DNA from: a virus
DNA: 41,119 bases
UHGV virus genome: UHGV-0135785
Reading direction: 5' to 3' (one strand)
Part shown: positions 8,528-18,311 of the stretch, in pieces
Layout of the letters: each line of letters begins with the position of its first letter
Position numbering within the stretch: position 1 is the first letter of the stretch
The notes under the pieces: model-generated
The model's input: the letters and a program-made list of their open reading frames with translations, nothing else
Told to the model about the DNA's origin: nothing
Database searches by the model: none
Translations under genes and position numbers: made by a program

Positions 8528-9048
8528 ACGGTAAAAGATATCCAACACAAAAAGAAATCAATGAATTGTATGAATATAATAGCGAAACAGGTTTGTTTAT
8601 ATACAAGAGAAGAGAAAGTGTAAGAGAGTGCTGGAATTCAACATATGCCGGTAAGATTGCTGGTTCTATAGATGAAAAAGGATACGTTCGTATATCTGTA
8701 AATAAAAAAGTTTGTCGAGCTCATAGAATCGCATGGATATCCTTTTATGGAAGTGAACCTGATGGGGAAATTGATCACATAAATGGAATTAAAAGCGATA
8801 ACAGAATATGCAATTTGCGCGTTGTAGATGATAAACAGAACTCAAGGAACAGAAAAAAGCCTATTAATAATCGCTCTGGAGTAATGGGGGTTGCCTACTA
8901 TAAGAAGAATAAAAAGTGGGGCGCATATATAAACAGTGATAATAAAAAGATATTTCTTGGATTATACGATGACATATCTCTAGCCGTTAATGCCAGAAAA
9001 TTGGCGGAATCACGATTGGGGTATCACCATAATCATGGGAGAGGATAA
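8524..9048 (+). CDS. HNH homing-type endonuclease
   Basis: HNH core (VCRAHRIAWISFYGSEPDGEIDHINGIKSDNRICNLRVVDDKQNSRNR) plus AP2-like C-terminal part (SGVMGVAYYKKNKKWGAYI). AT-rich; wedged between the DUF1364 gene and rusA. Confidence 0.75.
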   Translation: MNGKRYPTQKEINELYEYNSETGLFIYKRRESVRECWNSTYAGKIAGSIDEKGYVRISVNKKVCRAHRIAWISFYGSEPDGEIDHINGIKSDNRICNLRVVDDKQNSRNRKKPINNRSGVMGVAYYKKNKKWGAYINSDNKKIFLGLYDDISLAVNARKLAESRLGYHHNHGRG

Positions 9049-9411
9049 ATGGCAGAATACAGATTCACACTTCCGTACCCACCGTCGCTGAACACCTACT
9101 GGCGAAGAAGGGGAAGCCAATACTACATCAGCGATAAAGGCCAGAAATACCGAAAAGATGTACAGCAAATAATCCGCCAACTCAAGTTAGACATTTTCAC
9201 CAAATCACGACTCCGCATCAAAGTCATCGCAGACGTTCCAGACTCCCGCCGCCGCGACCTCGACAATATCCTGAAAGGTTTACTCGACTCCCTTATCCAC
9301 GCCGGATTTGCGGAAGACGACGAGCAATTCGATGACATTCGCGTAATTCGTGGCGTGAAAGTACCAGGCGGAAGGCTTGGAATAAAAATCACCGAACTGG
9401 AGAACGCATGA
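9049..9411 (+). CDS. rusA: RusA Holliday-junction resolvase
   Basis: 120 aa with RusA hallmarks (YRFTLPYPPSLNTYWRRRG ... DVPDSRRRDLDNILKGLLDSLIHAGF). Confidence 0.9.
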   Translation: MAEYRFTLPYPPSLNTYWRRRGSQYYISDKGQKYRKDVQQIIRQLKLDIFTKSRLRIKVIADVPDSRRRDLDNILKGLLDSLIHAGFAEDDEQFDDIRVIRGVKVPGGRLGIKITELENA

Positions 9412-9596
9412 ACGCCACAATTCAAACGATACCAGAGCTTCTTATCCAGACACGAGGCAATCAGACCGAAGTGGCGAGGATGCTTTCCTGCGCAAGAGGA
9501 ACAGTGCTCAAGTACAACCGAGACAGCAAAGGCGAGCGTCACGTAATAGTTAACGGCGTCCTGATGGTCACGCCAGGCAAAAAGGGAAGACGATGA
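9408..9596 (+). CDS. ninH: NinH-like protein
   Basis: 62 aa; IPELLIQTRGNQTEVARMLSCARGTVLKY matches recalled lambda NinH. Confidence 0.8.
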   Translation: MNATIQTIPELLIQTRGNQTEVARMLSCARGTVLKYNRDSKGERHVIVNGVLMVTPGKKGRR

Positions 9597-10216
9597 GACT
9601 CGAAAGCGTAGCTAAATTTCATTCGCCAAAAAGCCCGATGATGAGCGACTCACCACGGGCCACGGCTTCTGACTCTCTTTCCGGTACTGATGTGATGGCT
9701 GCTATGGGGATGGCGCAATCACAGGCCGGATTCGGAATGGCTGCATTCTGTGGTAAGCACGAACTCAGCCAGAATGACAAACAAAAGGCTATCAACTATC
9801 TGATGCAATTTGCACACAAGGTATCGGGGAAATACCGTGGTGTGGCAAAGCTCGAAGGAAATACTAAGGCAAAGGTACTGCAAGTGCTCGCAACATTCGC
9901 TTATGCGGATTATTGCCGTAGTGCCGCGACGCCGGGCGCAAGATGCAGAGATTGCCACGGTACAGGCCGTGCGGTTGATATAGCCAAAACGGAGCAGTGG
10001 GGGAGAGTTGTTGAGAAAGAATGCGGAAGATGCAAAGGTGTCGGCTATTCAAGAATGCCAGCAAGCGCCGCATATCGCGCTGTAACGATGCTAATCCCAA
10101 ACCTTACCCAACCCACCTGGTCACGCACTGTTAAGCCGCTGTATGACGCTCTGGTGGTGCAATGCCACAAGGAAGAGTCAATCGCAGACAATATTTTGAA
10201 TGCGGTCACACGTTAG
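9593..10216 (+). CDS. Q: Late-gene antiterminator Q (lambda type)
   Basis: 207 aa; matches recalled lambda Q along its length (MRLESVAKFHSPKSPMMSDSPRATASDS ... CRDCHGTGRAVDIAKTEQWGRVVEKECGRCKGVGY ...). Confidence 0.95.
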   Translation: MRLESVAKFHSPKSPMMSDSPRATASDSLSGTDVMAAMGMAQSQAGFGMAAFCGKHELSQNDKQKAINYLMQFAHKVSGKYRGVAKLEGNTKAKVLQVLATFAYADYCRSAATPGARCRDCHGTGRAVDIAKTEQWGRVVEKECGRCKGVGYSRMPASAAYRAVTMLIPNLTQPTWSRTVKPLYDALVVQCHKEESIADNILNAVTR

Positions 10217-10258
10217 CAGCATGATTGCCACGGATGGCAACATATTAACGGCATGATA

Positions 10259-10296
10259 TTGACTTTTTGAATAAAGTTGGGTAAATTTGACTCAAC
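10259..10296 (+). promoter_or_regulatory. Late promoter pR' with overlapping qut site
   Basis: TTGACT (10259..10264), 18-nt spacer, TAAATT (10283..10288). Surrounding sequence matches recalled lambda pR'/qut. Confidence 0.7.
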
Positions 10297-10488
10297 GATG
10301 GGTTAATTCGCTCGTTGTGGTAGTGAGATAAAAAGAGGCGGCGCTTACTACCGATTCCGCCTAGTTGGTCACTTCGACGCATCGTCTGGAACTCCAACCA
10401 TCGCAGGCTGAGAGGTCTGTAAAATGCAATCCCGAAACAGTTCGCAGGTAATAGTTAGAGCCTGCATAACGGTTTCGGGATTTTTTAT
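10296..10488 (+). ncRNA. Lambda 6S-RNA-like short pR' transcript (pR' start to tR')
   Basis: About 193 nt between the predicted start and the tR' U-run, consistent with the lambda 6S RNA I recall as about 194 nt. No ORF. Confidence 0.5.
10428..10488 (+). terminator. tR' rho-independent terminator
   Basis: Arms TCCCGAAAC (10430..10438) and GTTTCGGGA (10472..10480), then TTTTTT. Confidence 0.7.
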
Positions 10489-10883
10489 ATCTGTGCAACA
10501 GGTAAGAGCATTCTCCTTTATGGGGCTTGGTTTAAATGCATTGAGTGCTCTTTCCGTTGTGCTGAATTAAGCGAATGCCGGAAGCAGAACCGGATCACCA
10601 AATGCGTACAGGCGTCATCGCCGCCCAGTAACAGCACAACCCAAACTGAGCCGTAGCCACTGGCTATCCTGAACTCATCAGTGATAGTTACGCTGCGGCC
10701 TTCTACACATGACCTCGTGAAAGCGGGTGGCAAGAGGTTGCGCTAACAACCTCCTGCCGTTTTGCCCGTGCATATCGGTCACGAACAAATCTGATTACTA
10801 AACACAGTAGCCTGGATTTGTTCTATCAGTAATCGACCTTATTCCTAATTAAATAGAGCAAATCCCCTTATTGGGGGTAAGAC

Positions 10884-11207
10884 ATGAAGATGCCAGAAAA
10901 ACATGACCTGTTAGCCGCCATTCTCGCGGCAAAGGAACAAGGCATCGGGGCAATCCTTGCGTTTGCAATGGCGTACCTTCGCGGCAGATATAATGGCGGT
11001 GCGTTTACAAAAACAGTAATCGACGCAACGATGTGCGCCATTATCGCCTGGTTCATTCGTGACCTTCTCGACTTCGCCGGACTAAGTAGCAATCTCGCTT
11101 ATATAACGAGCGTGTTCATCGGCTATATCGGCACTGACTCGATTGGTTCGCTTATCAAACGCTTCGCTGCTAAAAAAGCCGGAGTAGAAGATGGTGGAAA
11201 TCAATAA
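10884..11207 (+). CDS. S: Holin S (class I; dual start Met1/Met3)
   Basis: 107 aa; matches recalled lambda S ([62 protein letters not shown]...). Confidence 0.95.
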   Translation: MKMPEKHDLLAAILAAKEQGIGAILAFAMAYLRGRYNGGAFTKTVIDATMCAIIAWFIRDLLDFAGLSSNLAYITSVFIGYIGTDSIGSLIKRFAAKKAGVEDGGNQ

Positions 11208-11667
11208 TCAACGTAAGGCGTTCCTCGATATGCTGGCGTGGTCGGAGGGAACTGATAACGGACGTCAGAAAACCAGAAATCATGGTTATGACGTCATTGT
11301 TGGCGGAGAGCTATTCACTGATTACTCCGATCACCCTCGCAAACTTGTCACGCTAAACCCCAAACTCAAATCAACAGCAGCCGGACGTTACCAGCTTCTT
11401 TCCCGTTGGTGGGATGCCTATCGTAAGCAGCTTGGCCTGAAAGACTTCTCTCCGAAAAGCCAGGACGCTGTGGCACTGCAACAGATTAAGGAACGTGGCG
11501 CTTTACCGATGATTGATCGCGGTGATATCCGTCAGGCAATCGACCGTTGCAGCAATATCTGGGCTTCACTGCCGGGGGCTGGTTACGGTCAGTTCGAGCA
11601 TAAGGTTGACAGCCTGATTGCAAAATTCAAAGAAGCTGGCGGAACGGTCAGAGAGATTGAGGTATGA
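11191..11667 (+). CDS. R: Endolysin R (lytic transglycosylase)
   Basis: 158 aa; matches recalled lambda R ([51 protein letters not shown]...). Confidence 0.95.
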   Translation: MVEINNQRKAFLDMLAWSEGTDNGRQKTRNHGYDVIVGGELFTDYSDHPRKLVTLNPKLKSTAAGRYQLLSRWWDAYRKQLGLKDFSPKSQDAVALQQIKERGALPMIDRGDIRQAIDRCSNIWASLPGAGYGQFEHKVDSLIAKFKEAGGTVREIEV

Positions 11668-12101
11668 GCAGAGTCACCGCGATTATCTCTGCTCTGGTTA
11701 TCTGCATCATCGTCTGCCTGTCATGGGCTGTTAATCATTACCGTGATAACGCCATCGCCTACAAAGAACAGCGCGATAAAGCCACATCCATCATCGCTGA
11801 TATGCAGAAGCGTCAACGTGATGTAGCAGAACTCGACGCAAGATATACAAAGGAACTTGCTGATGCTAACGCGACTATCGAAAGTCTCCGTGCTGATGTT
11901 TCTGCTGGTCGTAAGCGCCTGCAAGTCGCCGCCACCTGTGCAAAGTCAACGACCGGAGCCAGCAGCATGGGCGATGGAGAAAGCCCAGGACTTACAGCAG
12001 ATGCTGAACTCAATTATTACCGTCTCCGAAGTGGAATCGACAAGATAACCGCGCAGGTTAACTACCTGCAGGAATACATCAGGACGCAATGCCTTCGATG
12101 A
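11664..12101 (+). CDS. Rz: Rz i-spanin
   Basis: N-terminal ~30 aa match recalled lambda Rz ([31 protein letters not shown]); remainder diverges. Coiled-coil-rich; ends with a Cys. Confidence 0.85.
   Translation: MSRVTAIISALVICIIVCLSWAVNHYRDNAIAYKEQRDKATSIIADMQKRQRDVAELDARYTKELADANATIESLRADVSAGRKRLQVAATCAKSTTGASSMGDGESPGLTADAELNYYRLRSGIDKITAQVNYLQEYIRTQCLR
11857..12048 (+). CDS. Rz1: Rz1 o-spanin lipoprotein embedded in Rz (+1 frame)
   Basis: Signal peptide with lipobox-like VSAC, then a Pro-rich mature part ([16 protein letters not shown]). Start codon choice uncertain. Confidence 0.65.
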   Translation: MLMLTRLSKVSVLMFLLVVSACKSPPPVQSQRPEPAAWAMEKAQDLQQMLNSIITVSEVESTR

Positions 12102-12275
12102 TAGCGATAATTTTACTCATCATCCTTCACATCTGGCTCTGTAGACAGGGTGATGATCACTTCTGGAGTGAATCCAGATTAAACATCTCATTGCTGATGC
12201 TTGATATTGAGCATCTGGCGCGCGGTAAGGGGCTGCGTTGAGATAAGAGCCAGTCATTACAAATACCAGGATTTA

Positions 12276-12299
12276 GCCTCGCATTTGCGGGGCTTTTTT
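12276..12299 (+). terminator. Rho-independent terminator after the lysis cassette
   Basis: GCCTCGC-ATTT-GCGGGGC hairpin (one G-U pair), then TTTTTTA. Confidence 0.55.
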
Positions 12300-12445
12300 A
12301 CATCTGCAGTAAACCGCGCATCGCAGCGCGTAACAATCCCGAGTCTTTCAGAAAGCTGAGCCTGAGAATTGCCGTATATGGTGGCGACCATCTCGGGGAC
12401 GGCTTTTCTGTGCGAACAGGCTCATCTTTCTAAAAGGTAAACGCT

Positions 12446-12931
12446 ATGAATAACTTTGTTGAAATTACCTCAAGAATTGGTCGCATGTACCAAGATTTTC
12501 TTATAAGTGGAAAGGGGTCTGGCGACATCATAGAGGAAATTGACAAGCTAAGTGCAGAGCTGAGAAGGAATGGGTGTGTTAATTCTATCTTTTTTGAAAC
12601 TTTGCTAAAGCAAGGCTTCATGTTTGACATGATTAATTACAACAAAGTCGCACCTAGTGCTTCGCAAAAATCATATGTGTACGTTCTGCATGCTGAAGAT
12701 AGTGGGCTAACAAAAATAGGGTTTAGTCGCAGGGTTAATAAACGAATTTCAGAGATATCTCGCATGAGTGGTGGGAAGCTAAATCTAATTGCAAAGATTC
12801 CGGCCGATAGAGAGCTTGAAACCAAATTGCACCAAAAATATTACAACTATAGGTCGCACGGGGAGTGGTTTAGTCTCAATCGTTGTCATTTGAAAGAGCT
12901 AAAAGAAATGCCTGGTAACGAACTGAAATAA
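12446..12931 (+). CDS. T5orf172 (GIY-YIG-like / MUG113) domain protein; moron between lysis and packaging genes
   Basis: C-terminal half fits the T5orf172 pattern (YVYVLHAEDSGLTKIGFSRRVNKRISEISRMSGGKLNLIAKIPADRELETKLHQKYYNYRSHGEWFSL). N-terminal ~65 aa not recognised. AT-rich island. AAGG RBS. Confidence 0.6.
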   Translation: MNNFVEITSRIGRMYQDFLISGKGSGDIIEEIDKLSAELRRNGCVNSIFFETLLKQGFMFDMINYNKVAPSASQKSYVYVLHAEDSGLTKIGFSRRVNKRISEISRMSGGKLNLIAKIPADRELETKLHQKYYNYRSHGEWFSLNRCHLKELKEMPGNELK

Positions 12932-13178
12932 TCCCCGGACTCACCAATTAACGGCAGTACAGCGAAACAACCCAAGCCAGTAAGTGGGGAAATAACACTG
13001 GCAGCCACTGAAAGATGAACCTCCTGCCTTATGGCAAAAAAGATTCTTTGTGGTGGCGGACTGATGGAAAGACATCGGTTATTGCAGAGACCATTCAATG
13101 AGTGGTCTCGACAATGGCTTATACCCTACACGGGATAACTTAACTGATATCCCTTTTAACGGATAAACGGAGCCAACA

Positions 13179-13421
13179 ATGGCAGAGATTATTCCCATGA
13201 CTGAAGAACAGAAATTCCAGTTAGAGATTTACAAACTGGTCATGAACCAGAACGCAGCCGCAGAAGAAGCATTTCAATTCATTGGAACTGACGAGCTGAA
13301 GCTTGAACTATTCAAAATTCACTTCCAGTCAGGCGGCGCTAATTCGGATATCACGATCCGCACATTTGAAGCGGTGCGTAAATCGAAGGAAGCGTTAGAC
13401 CTGTTCACTACCGGAGCATAA
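13179..13421 (+). CDS. Hypothetical protein (80 aa) upstream of small terminase
   Basis: Intact ORF with GGAG RBS. Confidence 0.5.
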   Translation: MAEIIPMTEEQKFQLEIYKLVMNQNAAAEEAFQFIGTDELKLELFKIHFQSGGANSDITIRTFEAVRKSKEALDLFTTGA

Positions 13422-13423
13422 AC

Positions 13424-13864
13424 ATGGCGCGCCCAACAAAGTATCAAGAGGCGTATGCCGAACAGGCACGCAAACTGTGCTTGCTGGGCTACACCGATGC
13501 AGAGCTTGCTGATTTCTTCGAAGTCAGTGAGTCAACTATTAACAAGTGGAAGCTTGATTATCCTGAGTTTTCGGAGTCCATAAAAAAGGGTAAGGCCGTC
13601 GCTGATGCAGAAGTTAGTGATCGTCTTTATCAACGCGCTATGGGCTTCGTGGCTCCAGATATCGATATTCGTGTTATTGAAAACAGAATTGTCGAAACTC
13701 CGCTTGAGAAGTATTACCCGCCTGATACAACCGCTGCCATTTTCTGGCTTAAGAACCGACAGAAGGATAAATGGCGCGACAAGGTTGATCACGAGCTAAC
13801 AGGCAAAGACGGCGGCGCAATTCAGATTGAAACATCACCGATGAGCACTCTATTCGGAAAATGA
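13424..13864 (+). CDS. Terminase small subunit
   Basis: 146 aa immediately upstream of and overlapping the large terminase gene; HTH-like N-terminus. Confidence 0.75.
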   Translation: MARPTKYQEAYAEQARKLCLLGYTDAELADFFEVSESTINKWKLDYPEFSESIKKGKAVADAEVSDRLYQRAMGFVAPDIDIRVIENRIVETPLEKYYPPDTTAAIFWLKNRQKDKWRDKVDHELTGKDGGAIQIETSPMSTLFGK

Positions 13865-15273
13865 CCTCGATTAATCCTATCTTTGAACCGTTCATTGAGG
13901 CGCATCGCTACAAAGTTGCCAAAGGCGGTCGAGGTAGCGGTAAATCATGGGCAATTGCGAGGCTGCTTGTTGAAGCGGCGCGTCGGCAGCCTGTGCGCAT
14001 ACTCTGCGCTCGTGAACTGCAAAACAGTATCAGCGATTCGGTAATCCGGTTGCTTGAAGATACCATTGAGCGGGAAGGGTATTCGGCTGAGTTTGAAATT
14101 CAGCGTTCCATGATTCGTCATCTTGGAACGAATGCTGAATTCATGTTCTACGGCATCAAAAACAACCCGACGAAGATTAAATCGCTCGAAGGCATTGATA
14201 TCTGCTGGGTGGAAGAAGCGGAAGCGGTAACGAAGGAATCATGGGATATCCTGATACCAACCATCCGCAAGCCATTTTCCGAAATATGGGTGAGCTTCAA
14301 CCCGAAAAACATCCTCGACGATACCTATCAGCGATTCGTAGTAAACCCTCCCGATGATATTTGTCTGCTGACGGTGAACTACACCGACAACCCGCACTTT
14401 CCTGAAGTTCTCCGTCTGGAGATGGAAGAGTGTAAACGCAGAAACCCGACACTGTATCGTCACATCTGGCTTGGTGAGCCAGTAAGCGCAAGTGATATGG
14501 CAATCATCAAACGTGAATGGCTTGAAGCTGCAACAGATGCGCACAAGAAACTCGGATGGAAAGCGAAAGGCGCGGTTGTCTCTGCGCATGACCCGTCAGA
14601 TACAGGGCCAGATGCTAAAGGTTACGCATCGCGTCACGGTTCGGTAGTTAAGCGCATTGCCGAAGGCCTGCTGATGGACATCAACGAGGGTGCTGACTGG
14701 GCTACTTCGCTGGCGATTGAAGACGGCGCTGACCATTACCTGTGGGATGGTGATGGTGTTGGTGCCGGGCTACGCAGACAGACAACGGAAGCGTTCTCCG
14801 GTAAGAAAATCACCGCCACGATGTTCAAGGGCAGCGAATCGCCATTCGATGAAGATGCACCGTATCAGGCCGGGGCATGGGCTGATGAAGTCGTGCAGGG
14901 CGACAACGTTCGCACTATTGGCGATGTATTCCGCAATAAGCGAGCGCAATTCTATTACGCGCTGGCTGACAGGCTGTATCTGACATATCGGGCGGTTGTT
15001 CACGGTGAGTATGCAGACCCCGACGACATGCTGAGTTTCGACAAAGAAGCGATAGGCGAGAAGATGCTGGAGAAGCTGTTTGCAGAACTGACGCAGATTC
15101 AGCGCAAATTCAATAACAACGGGAAGCTGGAGCTTATGACTAAGGTCGAAATGAAGCAGAAGCTCGGTATTCCATCTCCTAACCTGGCTGATGCGCTGAT
15201 GATGTGTATGCATTGCCCGGCATTGGTCCGCGAAGAAACTGAAATATACGTTCCCTCATCCTCCGGTTGGTAA
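13861..15273 (+). CDS. Terminase large subunit
   Basis: 470 aa. Walker A (KVAKGGRGSGKSWAIARLL). Terminase ATPase/nuclease pattern. Length as recalled for Sf6-type TerL. Confidence 0.95.
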   Translation: MTSINPIFEPFIEAHRYKVAKGGRGSGKSWAIARLLVEAARRQPVRILCARELQNSISDSVIRLLEDTIEREGYSAEFEIQRSMIRHLGTNAEFMFYGIKNNPTKIKSLEGIDICWVEEAEAVTKESWDILIPTIRKPFSEIWVSFNPKNILDDTYQRFVVNPPDDICLLTVNYTDNPHFPEVLRLEMEECKRRNPTLYRHIWLGEPVSASDMAIIKREWLEAATDAHKKLGWKAKGAVVSAHDPSDTGPDAKGYASRHGSVVKRIAEGLLMDINEGADWATSLAIEDGADHYLWDGDGVGAGLRRQTTEAFSGKKITATMFKGSESPFDEDAPYQAGAWADEVVQGDNVRTIGDVFRNKRAQFYYALADRLYLTYRAVVHGEYADPDDMLSFDKEAIGEKMLEKLFAELTQIQRKFNNNGKLELMTKVEMKQKLGIPSPNLADALMMCMHCPALVREETEIYVPSSSGW

Positions 15274-15275
15274 AC

Positions 15276-17402
15276 ATGGCAGAGACATTAGAGAAAAAAC
15301 ATGAGCGGATCATGCTCAGGTTTGACCGCGCCTATTCTCCACAGCAGGAAGTGCGCGAAAAGTGCATTGAAGCTACGAGGTTTGCTCGTGTCCCCGGAGG
15401 TCAATGGGAAGGAGCAACGGCGGCTGGAACTAAGCTTGATGAGCAGTTCGAGAAGTATCCTAAGTTTGAAATCAATAAGGTTGCAACTGAACTTAACCGC
15501 ATCATTGCAGAATACCGCAATAACAGAATCACCGTTAAGTTTCGTCCTGGTGACAGAGAGGCAAGCGAAGAGTTAGCCAATAAATTAAATGGTCTGTTCC
15601 GTGCTGACTACGAAGAAACTGATGGCGGTGAGGCTTGCGATAATGCATTTGACGACGCTGCTACTGGTGGTTTCGGTTGCTTCCGTTTGACGTCGATGCT
15701 GGTCAATGAATACGACCCCATGGACGATCGTCAGCGTATTGCTATTGAACCAATATACGACCCGTCGCGCTCTGTGTGGTTTGACCCTGACGCTAAGAAG
15801 TACGACAAATCTGACGCGTTGTGGGCGTTCTGTATGTATTCGTTGTCACCTGAAAAATATGAGGCTGAATACGGAAAGAAACCTCCTGCTTCTCTGGATG
15901 TAACGTCTATGACCAGTTGGGAATATGACTGGTTTGATGCAGATGTTATTTACATAGCGAAGTATTACGAAGTTCGTAAAGAGTCTGTTGACGTCATCAG
16001 TTATCGACATCCAATCACTGGAGAGATTGCAACATACGACAGTGATCAGGTTGAAGATATTGAAGATGAACTGGCAATAGCTGGATTTCAGGAAGTGGCA
16101 AGGCGCTCAGTGAAGCGCCGTCGTGTGTATGTATCCGTAGTGGATGGTGATGGTTTCCTTGAGAAACCTCGACGTATTCCTGGTGAGCATATCCCCCTCA
16201 TCCCGGTTTATGGAAAACGCTGGTTCATTGATGACATTGAGCGTGTCGAAGGACATATTGCAAAAGCAATGGATCCACAGCGTTTGTATAACCTTCAGGT
16301 ATCAATGCTGGCTGATACTGCAGCGCAAGACCCCGGTCAGATCCCTATAGTTGGCATGGAGCAAATTCGTGGACTTGAGAAGCACTGGGAGGCTCGCAAC
16401 AAGAAACGCCCAGCGTTCTTGCCGTTGCGCGAAGTGAGAGATAAATCTGGCAATATTATCGCTGGAGCTACCCCGGCAGGATATACACAGCCTGCGGTTA
16501 TGAATCAGGCATTGGCTGCATTACTACAGCAAACCAGTGCAGATATTCAGGAGGTTACAGGCGGCAGTCAGGCCATGCAGCAGATGCCAAGTAATATTGC
16601 TCAGGAAACGGTTAACAACTTGATGAACAGAGCAGATATGGCTTCGTTTATCTATCTGGACAATATGGCGAAAAGTCTTAAACGCGCTGGTGAAGTATGG
16701 CTGTCAATGGCTCGTGAAGTGTACGGTTCAGAGCGTGAAGTGCGCATCGTTAACGAAGATGGAAGTGATGATATCGCTGTCCTGAGCGCACAGGTTGTTG
16801 ACAGGCAAACAGGGGCAGTTGTTGCGTTAAATGACCTTTCTGTCGGTCGATACGATGTGACGGTTGATGTTGGACCAAGCTACACAGCACGACGTGATGC
16901 AACGGTTTCTGTACTGACAAATGTCCTTAGCTCTATGCTTCCAACAGACCCAATGCGCCCGGCAATTCAGGGTATTATTCTGGACAATATCGATGGCGAA
17001 GGCCTTGATGACTTCAAAGAGTACAACCGAAACCAACTGCTGATATCTGGCATTGCAAAACCACGCAATGAGAAAGAGCAGCAGATTGTTCAACAGGCGC
17101 AAATGGCAGCACAAAGCCAGCCAAATCCTGAAATGGTTCTCGCTCAGGCGCAAATGGTAGCAGCGCAGGCAGAAGCGCAAAAAGCAACTAACGAAACTGC
17201 TCAAACTCAAATCAAAGCATTTACTGCCCAGCAGGATGCGATGGAGAGTCAGGCAAACACTGTCTATAAACTGGCTCAAGCCAGAAACATCGATGACAAA
17301 GCAGTGATGGAGGCAATACGCCTTCTGAAAGATGTCGCCGAGTCACAACAACAGCAATTCCAGTCACCACCACAGTCACCGGCAGACTTAATGCCGAGTT
17401 AA
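15276..17402 (+). CDS. Portal protein (P22 gp1 / Sf6 gp3-like)
   Basis: ~708 aa directly after TerL. Gln-rich C-terminal barrel (QQAQMAAQSQ...). Track start 15267 is a TTG; ATG at 15276 preferred. Confidence 0.9.
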   Translation: MAETLEKKHERIMLRFDRAYSPQQEVREKCIEATRFARVPGGQWEGATAAGTKLDEQFEKYPKFEINKVATELNRIIAEYRNNRITVKFRPGDREASEELANKLNGLFRADYEETDGGEACDNAFDDAATGGFGCFRLTSMLVNEYDPMDDRQRIAIEPIYDPSRSVWFDPDAKKYDKSDALWAFCMYSLSPEKYEAEYGKKPPASLDVTSMTSWEYDWFDADVIYIAKYYEVRKESVDVISYRHPITGEIATYDSDQVEDIEDELAIAGFQEVARRSVKRRRVYVSVVDGDGFLEKPRRIPGEHIPLIPVYGKRWFIDDIERVEGHIAKAMDPQRLYNLQVSMLADTAAQDPGQIPIVGMEQIRGLEKHWEARNKKRPAFLPLREVRDKSGNIIAGATPAGYTQPAVMNQALAALLQQTSADIQEVTGGSQAMQQMPSNIAQETVNNLMNRADMASFIYLDNMAKSLKRAGEVWLSMAREVYGSEREVRIVNEDGSDDIAVLSAQVVDRQTGAVVALNDLSVGRYDVTVDVGPSYTARRDATVSVLTNVLSSMLPTDPMRPAIQGIILDNIDGEGLDDFKEYNRNQLLISGIAKPRNEKEQQIVQQAQMAAQSQPNPEMVLAQAQMVAAQAEAQKATNETAQTQIKAFTAQQDAMESQANTVYKLAQARNIDDKAVMEAIRLLKDVAESQQQQFQSPPQSPADLMPS

Positions 17403-17415
17403 CCAGGAGTAATCA

Positions 17416-18300
17416 ATGGAAAACGAACTGATCATCGACGGTCAGGTTATTGACCTGTCTGAAACACAGGAAAATGCAGAAGAAACCATCATCCAAACAG
17501 AGTCACAGCCTGAGAATGAAAGCCAGGATGACAACGGAAAAGAGATGGCAACTGATCCTGAAAAAACCGAAGAGACACCAGAAGATTACGCCTTGCGTAT
17601 TGGTGATGAAGAAATTCAGCTTAACGCTGACGATGATGATCACATTGACGGGCAACCTGCACCGCAATGGGTGAAAGATCTTCGCAAAGGCTTCAAAGAA
17701 ACACAGAAAGAAAACCGTGAGTTGCGCCGCCAGCTTGAGGAAGCATTAGCCAAGCCTGCGGAACATCAGCAACCACAACCAGACGCTATTCCACCAAAAC
17801 CGACTCTTGAGTCGTGTGATTATGACGAACAGGCGTTTGAACAGGCATTGACTGATTGGCATGAGAAAAAAGGCCGTGTCGAACAGCAGCAGCAACAAAA
17901 ACTACGTCAGCAACAGGAATACCAACAGCGTTTCCAGCAAAGGGTAGAAGCGCATAAACAACGGGCAGCCAAACTTCCTGTGAAAGATTATCAGGAAATG
18001 GAGGCCATTGTTCTTAGTGAGCTACCACCAATTCAGCAGGAAATCATCATTCACTGTGCAGACGAAGGCTCTGAACTACTCGCCTATGGCTTAGGTAAGA
18101 GCCAGCAATTACGCCAGCGTGTAGCCGCTGAGACAGATCCAATTCGCGCAGCATTCCTCTTGGGGCAGATTAGCAAACAGGTAAGCCTTGCTCCAAAACC
18201 AAAGAAAGCCATCAAGCCAGAGCCGGAAGTACGTGGTGGCGGTGCTGATGCGAAACAAGACGAATTCAACAAATTATGCCCCGGCGCAAAAATCGAATAA
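17416..18300 (+). CDS. Scaffolding protein
   Basis: 294 aa, acidic, Gln/Glu-rich and helical. Between portal and coat as in P22 (gp8). Confidence 0.85.
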   Translation: MENELIIDGQVIDLSETQENAEETIIQTESQPENESQDDNGKEMATDPEKTEETPEDYALRIGDEEIQLNADDDDHIDGQPAPQWVKDLRKGFKETQKENRELRRQLEEALAKPAEHQQPQPDAIPPKPTLESCDYDEQAFEQALTDWHEKKGRVEQQQQQKLRQQQEYQQRFQQRVEAHKQRAAKLPVKDYQEMEAIVLSELPPIQQEIIIHCADEGSELLAYGLGKSQQLRQRVAAETDPIRAAFLLGQISKQVSLAPKPKKAIKPEPEVRGGGADAKQDEFNKLCPGAKIE

Positions 18301-18311
18301 GGAAAAGATAA

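Noticed and set aside
14239..17279. Antisense ORFs inside terminase and portal genes (14239..14589, 14297..14503, 14770..15213, 16827..17279)
   Set aside because: All are fully embedded antisense to strongly supported structural genes, with no RBS; typical of spurious ORFs.
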